NCBI GenBank assembly: GCA_963713615.1
Contig: CAVQMM010000001.1
Location: 1,024,001-1,088,000, forward strand
Direction of reading: 5' to 3'
DNA: 64,000 nt
DNA from: an uncultured Chlamydiae bacterium
GTDB taxonomy: Bacteria; Chlamydiota; Chlamydiia; Chlamydiales; JAJFMA01
The position numbers were made by a program, and so were the translations under genes. Each line of letters begins with the position of its first letter. Position 1 is the stretch's first letter. The notes below the pieces were generated by a model. That model searched no databases. It was not told the DNA's origin and worked only from the letters and a program-made list of their open reading frames with translations. Shown piece by piece: positions 1-10,536 of this stretch.

Positions 1-10
1 AGATCGAGGC

Positions 11-493
11 ATGACGGAAACTCTCAGGCAGATGAGAATGGTCCTACAAAACCCCACTCACCTCCAGGTCTTTTTGAAGAATGGCGACAGCGAATATGTC
101 GAAAAGGTTCTACAAAAATGTCATCTCGATGCCCACGATACTCTCAAGCACGAACAGATCAAGAATGGGCTATCCGTTCTCGTTGAATATCTAAGGAACA
201 TTAACGACGTGCATTTTCTTAAAGCCATCCTCTTGATTGATACGAAGGGCAGTCTACCAGAAACGGTAAAGCAGATAAAAAACACGCTTACCAACTCTAA
301 TTTACTAGTTCTTATAGAACATGGAAATAAAGACTTTTTATATTACATAATTTCACTCTGTTGCATTAACTTAATTGCACGAGACGCAGATAACAACACT
401 CTTTTACATCTAGCTGTAAAAAATGGATCATCTACTGAAACCCTCAGCTATTTGATCAACCATGGCCTTCGGGTCGACAGTCGCAACCATAAG
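11..493 (+). pseudogene. Ankyrin-repeat protein, N-terminal part (probably begins before the window), interrupted by IS607 copy 1
   Basis: Ankyrin motif RDADNNTLLHLAVKNG. Removing the IS restores aag-ggt-gaa-agt-cct (HKGESPLILAA), a second ankyrin repeat. Confidence 0.85.
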
Positions 494-527
494 GGTTGGC
501 AGCAGCTGCCAAAAATCTATATATTTC

Positions 528-556
528 TTGACAACTCTATGCAAATTGCATAGATT
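528..556 (+). promoter_or_regulatory. Sigma70/66-type promoter of IS607 tnpA with palindromic spacer
   Basis: TTGACA(528)-17 bp-TAGATT(551); IR tctatgcaa-a-ttgcataga at 536-554; ATG 7 nt after the -10 box. Confidence 0.7.
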
Positions 557-563
557 TTAGCGC

Positions 564-1184
564 ATGAAGGTGAGTATCAAGAAAGCAGCTCAGGAACTTG
601 GCGTACACGAGGCTACACTCCGTCGTTGGGAGGCTGCTGGCAAAATCCAGGTTGAGCGTACACCCAAGGGACACCGACGTTATCTATTGTCTAGCCTAAA
701 AGGATTTAGTCCTAAAGCCACCTCCTCTAAGGTTTCTAACGGTTTGACGCTCTGTTACGCGCGGGTTTCGAGTCATGATCAAAAAAAAGACCTCGTTTGT
801 CAAAAAGCGGTGTTAGAGTCTTTTTGTGCAGCTCATGGATGGACCCATGAAGTCATTGAGGATCTCGGCTCGGGATTGAATTATCAAAAGAAGGGTTTAA
901 AAAAGCTCATTAAAGCGATATGCTCTGGCATCGTTGGCCGTTTAGTGATCACACACAAAGATCGCCTGATGCGGTTTGGGGCCGAACTGATCTTTTCTCT
1001 TTGTGAGAGCTTTGGTACGGAGATTGTAATCATCAATGCTAAAGAAGACACGACTTTCGAGGATGATCTCGTCCAGGACGTGCTAGAAATCATCACCCTG
1101 TTTTCGGCAAGACTTTACGGCGCAAGAAGCCGTAAAAATCAGAAGCTGCTTAAGGCACTTAGTAAGGCTGCTAATGCCGTCTAA
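564..1184 (+). CDS. tnpA: IS607 transposase (MerR-like HTH + serine recombinase)
   Basis: N-terminal HTH (AAQELGVHEATLRRWE); YARVSS catalytic Ser; DLGSGLNY and DRLMRFG motifs. Confidence 0.95.
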   Translation: MKVSIKKAAQELGVHEATLRRWEAAGKIQVERTPKGHRRYLLSSLKGFSPKATSSKVSNGLTLCYARVSSHDQKKDLVCQKAVLESFCAAHGWTHEVIEDLGSGLNYQKKGLKKLIKAICSGIVGRLVITHKDRLMRFGAELIFSLCESFGTEIVIINAKEDTTFEDDLVQDVLEIITLFSARLYGARSRKNQKLLKALSKAANAV

Positions 1185-2817
1185 AGATGACTCTAAAACG
1201 TTTACATACCAAATGCGGCTTAATCTGGATAAGTCTTCTGCAAGCATTTTGGATGCTTGCGCGCAACTGTTTTCCAAGCTTGAACGTAAATTGTTTGCAG
1301 ATGTCTGCAAAGGGAAGACTCCTGGTGAGCTTAAAGCAAGATACATTCGGGAATATGAAATTACCGCCCGTCATTTCAATGCTCTTCGTGTTCAGATCGA
1401 GGGGAAAGTGAGATCGATACGAGAGAGACGGCCGGGGCTGATTGCTGAAATCCGGGATAAAATAGCGTCGGCTCAGAAGGTCATTGCACGTTTGGAAGAG
1501 AGAAAACTTAATTCCGAGAAGCTCCATCAAAAGAAGCGACGCTTGGGGAATCTGAAACGTGGTCTTGAGAAACTCCAAGCGGATCAAGCGACGGGAAAAG
1601 TGTCCCTATGCTTCGGATCGAAGCGTCTATTTCGAGCTCAGTTCGCCTTGCATGAAAATGGCTATCAAAGTCACGAGGAATGGCTTGCAGAGTGGCGCCA
1701 GTCGCGGAGCAACAGCTTTTTTCTTCTCGGATCCAAAGACGAATCCAGTGGAAACCAATCCTGTACGGCTACGCTCACAGAAGAGGGCAGTCTAAGGTTA
1801 CGACTCCGCCTTCCATCCGCGCTGGCAGGGCAAGAAAAGTACTTATGGCTTCCCCCGATTCGTTTTAAATACGGCCATGACAACATTGTGGAGGCTTTAA
1901 GATCCTGCGAGGAAAGAAAGCGACTATAGGCATCAAAAAGTCCTGAAGCGAGCCATTGTGGAGTGGCTCTCAGCTATCGATTCGTACGCGACGAAAAAGG
2001 ATGGCGCGTGTTTATCAGCATGCCCGTTCAGAAACCCCAGACAGTCACTTCACAGCATCAGGGAGTCATCGGCGTCGACATCAATGCGAATCATCTAGCC
2101 ATCACAGAAACAGATCGCTTTGGCAACCCTATCGCCAAGAAGTCGCTTCCACTAAACACCTATGGAAAAAGTCGAAACCAAATCCAAGCTATCGTTGGCG
2201 ATGCCTGTGCTAACCTTGTGGAAGCTGCGAGAAGTACCGGCAAGCCCCTAGTTATCGAACAACTCGACTTTCAAAAAAAGAAAGCAGAGCTAAAAGACCA
2301 CGCAAGTCCCAAACTGGCACGAATGCTCTCAGGCCTAGCCTATAGTACCATCATAAGCGGCCTGAACTCACGAGCTTGGAGATTGGGCGTAGAGGTCATG
2401 GAAGTGAATCCAGCCTATACTTCAATCATAGGACGCGTCAAATTTGCAAAAAGATATGGATTGTCAGTCCATCATGCGGCCGCACTGGTCATAGGCCGCC
2501 GATCCCTTAGAGCCTCCGAAAGAGTTCCTCGCGATCTGGACTCAATACCAGATGGCAAAGGAAGCCATGTCGCTTTGTCCCTACCCGAGAGGAATCGGGA
2601 TAAACACGTATGGCATACCTGGGGAATCGTCAATAGAAGGTTTAAAACCGTGCATGCAGCACACTTCCGGGCGAAAAAAAATCGATCCTCATGCTCTAAG
2701 CCAGCATGCGTGATAGAGCCCATCCCGGATGTTGCCGGTGAGATTCCGGCTGGTGAATCCGTCAACACAACTGCTCGGTTGGCGTCCTTAACTAGGCCTA
2801 CAACGATAAATGTGTAG
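1174..2817 (+). pseudogene. tnpB: TnpB with premature stop (CAG>TAG at 1927-1929)
   Basis: Otherwise matches the intact 547-aa ORFs of copies 2 and 3. Confidence 0.9.
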
Positions 2818-2842
2818 ATTTGTTAAGGTTTTTAGGAGCGGT
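2715..2842 (+). ncRNA. Putative TnpB omegaRNA scaffold overlapping the tnpB 3' end and right end (also in copies 2 and 3)
   Basis: Hairpins gccgg-tgagatt-ccggc and cgtcaac...gttggcg; position matches known TnpB omegaRNAs; 5' end uncertain. Confidence 0.55.
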
Positions 2843-4375
2843 GAAAGTCCTCTTATCCTTGCTGCAGTAAACAACAACTTTGCGGCCGTAAAGACTCTTG
2901 TACGTGCGGGAGCGCGGATTGATTTTGAACCGAGCTTTCTCGCTAATCTTAATGAGAACACCGAGTGCAACAATTATTTTAAGAAGAAATGGATGAAGCA
3001 TGCAGCTTCAAATCTAGCCACAGTTAATGAAATCATTGTCCCTAGCCACGATGACGTGCAGGATATGGTTAAACCCATTGTGTCCGAGATCGTCAATTCG
3101 ACCGACGAATTAAGCCAGATCATGCCTTTCTATAAGTCTTTGAAACTTGTCGCAGAGCTTAATGCCCTGAAAAGCGGAGATGTCAAACCTATCAGCGAAT
3201 TAAAGCACACCATTAGCGCCTTAGATATTGGTATTCAAATGGCTGATGAGTCAATGAAGCCTAGATTGATAGAAATGAAAGCTCAAGTTGAAGCGGAGCT
3301 CAAGCTCATGCAGGAGCTAGATCAAAGTCAGCGTGGAGCGCTCAAATATAAGGTAGCCTCAAGAGCCATAGACATCCAACAAGGAATTCAAGCAAACCTA
3401 TTTGGCATTGCCGATAACGGCAAAGCCACCTTTTATATTCATGGGCTTAGCTGTGCAGCGAAAGTGGCCGGATCGGCATTGTCAGTCTTCCAGAATTGGA
3501 ATGCTCTAAGCAATATCAAAACAAAAAAACATCACCTTGCAGAAGTAAAGACAGCCCTAAATGCGGCTGCTGAAGAGCTGAACAACTTGTACCGGCAAAT
3601 TACACCCGATTCCCTTGAAGGTCGTTTGATCAAGATGAAGTTGGGAAGCATCCAAGCAAAAATAAAAACGATCAATGAGACTGACTCAAAGCTCACCCTT
3701 ACCAGGGTAACGCAAAAAGCGGCTCTTGTGGGCAGTTCTATCGCATGCGCACTCATGGCTTATGGTCTTGCCCTATACTATGGCAAGTATCAGTCGGATG
3801 ACCAACAGGCGTTTGACGTGGATGCTGTTGTGGAAAATGCGGGACACCTTAGTCTGATTTGCGATTTGCTGCCAGTATTAGGACCTCCAATAGCCACAGG
3901 CACCTGCTGGCTATGGAACAAGGGCGCAACGAGTGTTTTTGGGCAGAAAGAAACATCTCTGCAAAGAGAAATGCGCCTTGATGCAAAACATGAAGCATCC
4001 TTAATTAAGGCACAAAAAGCACTTCGCTCCCAGCAAGAAGAATTTGATAACGAACTGTATGTCGGAATAGAGATTAGCATAGGAGTCCTTGACAAACCAG
4101 AAATAGGCTCTGCAAGATATCGAGAACTGACACGCCAATCCAATGCACTAGCACTTCAACAAGACAATATTGCAAACGCATTGCAAAATTATGTTACCGC
4201 CAAAACACTAGGAGTAACCTGGGATGACTTAGATTCCAACCTTCAGGCTATTGAGAAGGATCTGGGTTCTGCAGAAAGCAGAAAAGCACTTAAGTCTGTT
4301 TTAAAGGCCGCTAATGTCGACGTCGCGCACTTTGGCAGCAACCCTCGCAAGAGCATCCTGGAGTACTTGAGGTAG
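2840..4375 (+). pseudogene. C-terminal part of the interrupted ankyrin/coiled-coil protein with hydrophobic segments (effector-like)
   Basis: GESPLILAAVNNNFAAVKTLVRAGA ankyrin repeat; in frame with 11-493 after IS removal. Confidence 0.8.
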
Positions 4376-4447
4376 TTAGTACCCTTTGGGGAACTTAGAA
4401 AAGGACCTTGAGGGGTAATTGCAGATGTCCTCTTAAAGCTTAAAAAC

Positions 4448-4700
4448 GTTGGCTGGCGCAATTTCCTATGTGGCGCAGTCATTCCATGAGTGCGAGGACG
4501 GTTGAAACAGCTTTGGTTTGCTTCACATGGGACGCTGTTTTGCTTGCAACGGATTGTTGTTCATAAAGTTATTTAGGTGAGGGCCCATCGGCAGTCATGG
4601 AATGACTGCGCCACATAGGAAACCTGTTACTTTCGGATATTGGCGACGCAGTCGGTTGAGACTCCAATTGCTGTGCGCCGAAATACGATTGTGAAGCCTT
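4448..4700. repeat. REPIN-like element copy 1
   Basis: GTGG+CGCAGTCATTCCATGA(G/C)TGCG at 4470-4494, inverted copy ending 4614; tail shared with copies near 9193 and 10848. Confidence 0.8.
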
Positions 4701-4759
4701 GATGAAAAGCCTGTTGTCACGCTACAATGATGGCACCCTTTTACCCCAAAGATTTAGCA

Positions 4760-6082
4760 ATGACACATCTTAAGAAATTTTTTATTCGCACATACGGTTG
4801 TCAGATGAACGAGAATGACACTGAAGTGATGTGTGGCATGCTCGAAAAGCGTGGGCTGAAACGTTCATTAGACGAAAATGACGCTGATGTTCTCATTTTC
4901 AATACCTGTGCGATTCGCGATCTGGCCGAACGCAAGGCAATGGGTAAGCTGGGTCTGCTTGGGCATACCAAGAAACGCAATGCAATCATCGGGGTCACTG
5001 GCTGCATGGCTAATGCCAAAAAGGACTCGCTCTTCCGCAAGCTGCCCCACATCAACTTCGTCTTGGGCACCAATAACATCCATGAGCTCGACAGTGTCCT
5101 GGACGAGGTCTTGACAACTGGAAAAATAGCTATACGCACTGAAGAGCGCTTTTCACACGAACTCGATTATTCTAATGCTAAACGCGAAGATCCCATCAAA
5201 GCCTTTGTTCCCATCATCCGTGGATGTGACAAATTCTGCACTTACTGCGTCGTCCCCTATACACGTGGTCCAGAGGTTTCGCGCTCTCCCGACGATATCG
5301 TCGAAGAGTGCCGTCAGCTTCTTGACAAGGGCTACAGGGAATTTACCCTTCTTGGGCAGAATGTCAACAGCTACGGCAAAGACCAGCCCGAATGGAAGTG
5401 CCTGTTTCATGAGCTGCTCTATCGCATCGATAGTCTTCCAGGCAAAAAGCGCATACGCTTTATGACAAGCCATCCGGTGGATATTACGCGAGAGCTCATG
5501 GAAGCCATTGGCTCGCTGCCAAGCCTCTGCGAATTCGTACACTTTCCTATGCAAGCCGGCTCAGATCGTATCCTGAAGAAAATGCACCGCATTTATACTG
5601 TCGAAGAGTACCTGGAGAAGGTTCATCTATTGCGTCAACTAACACCCAATGCTGCTTTAGGTACTGATATCATCGTTGGCTTCCCCACTGAAAGCGATGC
5701 TGACTTCGAAGAAACCTATCGTCTCATGAAGGAAATCGAATTTTCCTGTGCCTTTATATTCGAATATAGCCCCCGCAAGGGTACGCCAGCTATGCGCTGG
5801 CGCGATGATATCTCTAAAGAAGTGAAGGAGGAACGCCTTAATCGTCTGCTAACCCTCCAGGATGAAATCTATGCCCGCCAGCGTCAGGCAATGCTAGACA
5901 CTGAGGTCGAAGTCCTCGTCGAAAAGATCACCAGACACGACTCTACCTTCTTAAAAGGACGTTCTCGCTGCTGGAAGCATGTCATTTTCGAAGGAACACC
6001 AGACCTCATAGGTTCCTTCCAGACCATTAAAATTCATAGCTACACAAACCAGACGCTCGTAGGAACCCGAGTGAAAGCCTAA
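4760..6082 (+). CDS. miaB: tRNA methylthiotransferase MiaB (start 4727 or 4760)
   Basis: TYGCQMNEND, NTCAIRDLAE, radical-SAM CDKFCTYC, TRAM domain. Confidence 0.92.
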   Translation: MTHLKKFFIRTYGCQMNENDTEVMCGMLEKRGLKRSLDENDADVLIFNTCAIRDLAERKAMGKLGLLGHTKKRNAIIGVTGCMANAKKDSLFRKLPHINFVLGTNNIHELDSVLDEVLTTGKIAIRTEERFSHELDYSNAKREDPIKAFVPIIRGCDKFCTYCVVPYTRGPEVSRSPDDIVEECRQLLDKGYREFTLLGQNVNSYGKDQPEWKCLFHELLYRIDSLPGKKRIRFMTSHPVDITRELMEAIGSLPSLCEFVHFPMQAGSDRILKKMHRIYTVEEYLEKVHLLRQLTPNAALGTDIIVGFPTESDADFEETYRLMKEIEFSCAFIFEYSPRKGTPAMRWRDDISKEVKEERLNRLLTLQDEIYARQRQAMLDTEVEVLVEKITRHDSTFLKGRSRCWKHVIFEGTPDLIGSFQTIKIHSYTNQTLVGTRVKA

Positions 6083-6251
6083 GATGACAGTTTTTTTGTA
6101 CGTCCTTAAAAAACTATTCAACGAATTTATAGAACCATTTTCTAACAAAGCGCTTAGTCGGACAGGAATCATCGAACTCGATAAAAATAAGTATATTTGC
6201 TTGTCATTATCGGTAAAAGATAACTTGGGACTATGATCCGTGGGGTATATT

Positions 6252-7682
6252 ATGCTCAAAGTTCAGAACAAGCCAAACATTCAGGGTGAGTTACTCCAAG
6301 AATCCAACAGCATTCACCTTAGTGTCGTTGGCTCCATTCCAGCGTGGCTCAAGGGAACACTGGTCCGCAATGGACCAACCACAGTATCAGTCAATGGCGA
6401 GGCCCCCAATCACTGGTTCGATGGCCTGGGAATGCTGCATGCATTCACTTTCGACGATGGAAAGGTCACCTATTCGAACAAATTTCTAAAAACAGAAGCT
6501 TATCGTACCGTTTTTGAAGATGGATCCATCCATTATGCCGGTTTTGCTTCAGATCCCTGTCGCAGCCTTTTCAAGCGTTTTTTAACCTTCTTTTTCCCTG
6601 GCGATCCTGAACTCCATAATGCCAACGTCAACGTAGCCAAATATGCCGATGCCTATGTTGCCCTAACAGAAACCCCACTACCAGTGCGATTTGACAAGGA
6701 AACGTTGGATACTTTGGGGGTCTTCGAATATCAAGACAGCCTCTTAAAAGACAACTGCTTTGAATCAGCCCATCCTCATTATGACCTGGATAGGCAAGAG
6801 ATAATCAACTACTTGGTCGAATATGGACGTCACAGTTTTTACTCGATTTGGCGCATGAAAGAGGGTTCTAAAATTCGTGAATTGTTAGCGCATATCCCCG
6901 TGGAGCTTCCCTCCTATATGCATAGCTTCGCTGTCACAGACCGCTATGTCATCTTAACTGAATTCCCCCTGGTAGTGAACCCCATGGATCTCATCATCAG
7001 CAATAAAGGATTCATTAACAACTTTCATTGGAAGCCTGAACGCGGCACCCATTTCAGGGTCATTAGAAGGGATACAGGCGAAGAAATTGGCAACTTCCGT
7101 GCTGATCCATTCTTCGCATTCCATCACATTAATGCATACGAAAATGGCAACGATATTATTATCGACATCGTCACTTATCCAGATGCTAACATCATCACAG
7201 ATGTGGGAGGATATACCTCAGGAGGTAATAAGGTTGACCCTGAAGGTAGGCAGCTTCAGGTTCAAAGATTCACCTTAACCCTACCTCAGGGACGTATTCA
7301 CACGGAGACTATTGTCAAAGCTCCCATGGAATTTCCGCGTTTTAACGAACGTTACGAAGGAAAGGCCTACACATTCGCCTACGTTGCCGACCCCCGAGAT
7401 CCTAACGGAGCTTTGACTGACATCCGCTATCTTTCCAAAATAAACATGGACACTAAAACGCTGATCACATGGGGCGAGGCCGGTACGTTTCCTGGCGAGC
7501 CCATCTTTGTACCGTCTCCGGATGCCCAGAGCGAAGATGATGGCGTCATCTTGTGCATCGTCATGCAACCCGAGAAAAACAATTCGTTCTTGCTGGTACT
7601 AGATGCCAAGAACATGCAGGAAATAGGTCGAGCCATTGCACCCTATAGGATACCCTTGGGCCTCCATGCGCGTTTTTTTTAA
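6252..7682 (+). CDS. Carotenoid oxygenase (RPE65/CCD family)
   Basis: HWFDG, SAHPH, YMHSF, FHHINAYE, EPIFVP, EDDGV, GLH motifs; four Fe-ligand His. Confidence 0.9.
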   Translation: MLKVQNKPNIQGELLQESNSIHLSVVGSIPAWLKGTLVRNGPTTVSVNGEAPNHWFDGLGMLHAFTFDDGKVTYSNKFLKTEAYRTVFEDGSIHYAGFASDPCRSLFKRFLTFFFPGDPELHNANVNVAKYADAYVALTETPLPVRFDKETLDTLGVFEYQDSLLKDNCFESAHPHYDLDRQEIINYLVEYGRHSFYSIWRMKEGSKIRELLAHIPVELPSYMHSFAVTDRYVILTEFPLVVNPMDLIISNKGFINNFHWKPERGTHFRVIRRDTGEEIGNFRADPFFAFHHINAYENGNDIIIDIVTYPDANIITDVGGYTSGGNKVDPEGRQLQVQRFTLTLPQGRIHTETIVKAPMEFPRFNERYEGKAYTFAYVADPRDPNGALTDIRYLSKINMDTKTLITWGEAGTFPGEPIFVPSPDAQSEDDGVILCIVMQPEKNNSFLLVLDAKNMQEIGRAIAPYRIPLGLHARFF

Positions 7683-7692
7683 AGCTATCTCA

Positions 7693-7843
7693 ATGTGGCG
7701 CAGTCATTCCACGACTGCGAACAATCCGTTGCAATTGTGGAGACGTGCAAAACAAACGTCCCATGTGAAACAAACAGAAGCTGTTTCGAACGCACTCGCA
7801 GTCATGGAATGACTGCGCCACATAGAAAATTGCGCCAGCCAAC
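7693..7843. repeat. REPIN-like element copy 2 (inverted), between convergent genes
   Basis: REP 7695-7719, inverted REP 7797-7821, flank aattgcgccagccaac. Confidence 0.8.
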
Positions 7844-7889
7844 CTTTTGAGTTACTTGGAAGTGCAGGGTAGCTAAAGTCTTCTGTTTG

Positions 7890-8516
7890 CTATCGTGGTT
7901 TGCGTTTACTCTCGCCTTTACGATAAAATTCGCCACCCTCGAGATGGTCAACGACCACAGTAGAATCGCCCATAATCACACGACCACCCTTTTTCTCAAA
8001 AATAATCGACTCGATTTTGGTTCCCTTTTCAAGATAAACACGCTGACGAATATTGCTGTCGTTTTTCCTGACACGTAGCGTTGTGACTGTACAACCTGAT
8101 AAAGTCAAATCGCTCGAAGCGATCGAAATGGTTTCGAAGGAGCTCTCGGTAGCATCGATAGGACCATTGATAAACACTTCCTTGCTAACCGTTACATCGT
8201 CAAATTCAGCGGGGCCATCAACATGAACATCATTGAAAGAAGAGTGGCTAGCCGAAAGGGGACCCCGAACAGTGCATTGGTTTACCGTAGAATGTTCGAT
8301 ACGAGCTGGCCCATAGATTGTCACCTGTTCCAATGACCTATCTCTAATTGTCTTGGGACCATAATAAATGTGAGAATCTTCATGTTTTGCAGAAACAAAG
8401 TCGGGAATGTAATTGTTAGCAGAATCAGGGATATATTTGTCCCAGTCCGCTGCCGTAAGGGTAGAAGTTGTCGCAAGGATAGCAAGCAGGCAAGCAGATA
8501 GTTTCATTTTCTCCAC
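7890..8516 (-). CDS. Exported hypothetical protein with repeated V-x-GP beta-strand motifs
   Basis: Signal-peptide-like N-terminus; IYGP, VRGP, VDGP, INGP repeats. Confidence 0.7.
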   Translation of the reverse strand: MEKMKLSACLLAILATTSTLTAADWDKYIPDSANNYIPDFVSAKHEDSHIYYGPKTIRDRSLEQVTIYGPARIEHSTVNQCTVRGPLSASHSSFNDVHVDGPAEFDDVTVSKEVFINGPIDATESSFETISIASSDLTLSGCTVTTLRVRKNDSNIRQRVYLEKGTKIESIIFEKKGGRVIMGDSTVVVDHLEGGEFYRKGESKRKPR

Positions 8517-8773
8517 CTTGTTTAATTTATATCGATAGCAAAAGGTTTATCAATAATCATAGCCAATGACCCAATTGTCGTCAAAAATTTATAGTCGCTA
8601 ACCTTTGTTAAGCTCTGCAGCCATTGCACATGAATGTGTTTTTTTTAATAGAGCGGACTGCAGACATCTTGGTTCCTAAAACTTCAGCCCACGTCTAACT
8701 CCATCTCCAAAGTGTCATAGTTTCAGCCCTGACTGTTCACTAATTTTAGCTGTTCAATAGATATTGAACAGCG

Positions 8774-8860
8774 TATGTTGCTTGTTGGAGAGTCGTAAAC
8801 AAGTCGTTAAAGCAAATAGAGGTATATTATGCGGGCACACACGAAAAAGCTCCATACTGA
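8774..8860 (+). pseudogene. 3' remnant of RelE/HigB-like toxin
   Basis: YVACWRVVNKSLKQIEVYYAGTHEKAPY* matches the C-terminus of the toxin at 14623-14907. Confidence 0.8.
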
Positions 8861-9134
8861 GAAAAATAGTTCCGTAAAAGCTCATGATGAGGATGATTCA
8901 CTGATGTCTGCAGATGAGGCTATTGCCAAGATTTGCGGAGATCGTCCAAAATGGTCTGTAATGTTGCGTGGTCTGCGGAATCGTGAGGGGCTGACTCAGA
9001 GCCAGCTTGGTGAAGTCATGGGGATCGCTCAGACCAATATATCGCAAATGGAACGCGGTGTTCGGGCTATCGGTAAACAGCTTGCTAAGCGTTTTGCTGC
9101 GTTCTTTAAGACTGATTATCGCCTGTTTCTCTAG
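8829..9134 (+). CDS. HigA-like XRE HTH antitoxin (orphan)
   Basis: LRGLRNREGLTQSQLG HTH; paralogue of 14876-15190. Confidence 0.85.
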   Translation: MRAHTKKLHTEKNSSVKAHDEDDSLMSADEAIAKICGDRPKWSVMLRGLRNREGLTQSQLGEVMGIAQTNISQMERGVRAIGKQLAKRFAAFFKTDYRLFL

Positions 9135-9192
9135 CCTGCCGCACTTAGGCTAATTTCTGGAATGTCTCTATCTATTCCAAGTAACTCAAGAA

Positions 9193-9438
9193 GTTGGCTG
9201 GCGCAATTTCCAATGTATCGCAGTCATTCCATGTCATTCCATGACTGCGCAAACAGTTGAAACAGCTTCTGTTTGCTTCACATGGACGTTGTTTTTCATG
9301 AAGTTATGTGGGTGAAGCCCCATCCGCAGTCATGGAATGACTGCGCCACATAGGAAGCCTCGTTACTTTCGCATATTGGCGACGCAGTCGGTTGAGACTC
9401 CAAGGCGCTGCGCGCCAAGTGATGATTGTGAGGGCTTA
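9193..9438. repeat. REPIN-like element copy 3 with internal 10-bp duplication
   Basis: Colinear with 4448-4700; gtcattccat duplicated. Confidence 0.8.
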
Positions 9439-9497
9439 GGTTGAAATAAATGATTTAAAAAATAGCTACCCCAGTTACTTCATTGTCTCAGCTTACC

Positions 9498-10010
9498 TTA
9501 CGACAGTGTGACCCCATAGGATGGTTTTCCTGGTTGGTATTCGTAGGCAATGCCATTTGCATTGCACCAACGAATGGCGATTTCTTTTAATTTTTCATCT
9601 CGATACTGATACCACAGATCTTGAATATCGTACCTAGCAATCACGCCTTTGAATCGGCTAAAAGCCCCTTTCCCTTCAATAGCGACGCAGAGGATTTCCC
9701 GTACCTTGTCGTCTTCAAGGGAGTAGCAGAAATCTTCCATAATTCTGTAATGGTTTATCTCATCAAAAGGGATTTTTATGTAGTCTTCCGTTTCGATGAT
9801 ATCTTTGGCGATCAACACGCATTTTTCTGTCCATTCAAGGTCACTGTAGGAGTCATCATCCCCATCCTCTATCGCACTTAATACCTCACAGGGCATTGTC
9901 ACAAGTTCGCCCGTTTTTTTGTTTAGGTATTTGCAGAATTCATCCATGTGGAAACCTAGCTCGTCGACTAACTCGTTCAGATTAACGGGTTGATTTTGAC
10001 AATCCATCAA
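9498..10010 (-). CDS. UPF0158 family protein
   Basis: YLNKKTGE, YRIMEDF, AIEGKGAFSRFK, WC motifs. Confidence 0.8.
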   Translation of the reverse strand: MMDCQNQPVNLNELVDELGFHMDEFCKYLNKKTGELVTMPCEVLSAIEDGDDDSYSDLEWTEKCVLIAKDIIETEDYIKIPFDEINHYRIMEDFCYSLEDDKVREILCVAIEGKGAFSRFKGVIARYDIQDLWYQYRDEKLKEIAIRWCNANGIAYEYQPGKPSYGVTLS

Positions 10011-10232
10011 ACGTCTCCTCCAAAGATTTTACTAATTTTCCTAAGAAATTGCTACTGAAGTGTATCTTTTTTATTGAGTCTTCCTGAGCAGCTCTTGGAA
10101 GAGGGATTTTCATTTCGCGTTGGAGTTGTCGAGCAAATTCTTCCTTTTGGTCGGCTGCTGAAATGCCTTTTGTCGGTGGAAGCCCAGAAAAAATACAATG
10201 AGGGGTCTTCTGAGCGAATTCTTGTGCTGGAT

Positions 10233-10268
10233 TTACTCATTTACTCACTTACTCATTTGTGATATAAT
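10233..10268 (+). promoter_or_regulatory. Three tandem 8-bp repeats (TTACTCAY) abutting an extended -10; likely TA operator/promoter
   Basis: ttactcat ttactcac ttactcat followed by TGaTATAAT. Confidence 0.55.
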
Positions 10269-10287
10269 GGAGAAAAAGGAGAAGACT

Positions 10288-10536
10288 ATGAAAAACACTG
10301 TTCGCCTTAATTTTGAGTTCCCCAGAAAGCATTATCCATACCTTAGGATGCTTTGCGCAGAAAAAGGACAGTCCCTAAAAGATTTCGCCTCTGACCTGCT
10401 AATCCGGGAGATCGAGGAATATGAAGATCGCCAGCTAGCCCTGAAGGCTGAAATGCGCTTGGGCGAATTGAAAGACAGCGATCTGATTGACTTCAATGAT
10501 GCCACACGACTAGCCGGATGGGACAATGCCGAGTAA
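10288..10536 (+). CDS. Antitoxin (RHH-like)
   Basis: Small acidic protein with SD aaggag, overlapping a RelE toxin gene. Confidence 0.7.
   Translation: MKNTVRLNFEFPRKHYPYLRMLCAEKGQSLKDFASDLLIREIEEYEDRQLALKAEMRLGELKDSDLIDFNDATRLAGWDNAE

Larger units (their letters stand above)
494..2842 (+). mobile_element. IS607-family element copy 1 (tnpA + nonsense-mutated tnpB)
   Basis: Boundaries from identity with the copies at 33106-35454 and 41017-43365; GGT at both junctions; no terminal IRs. Confidence 0.95.

Noticed and set aside
494..563. IStron (group I intron fused to IS607), since copy 1 sits in a gene in the sense orientation
   Set aside because: Only 70 bp precede tnpA, leaving no room for a group I intron core
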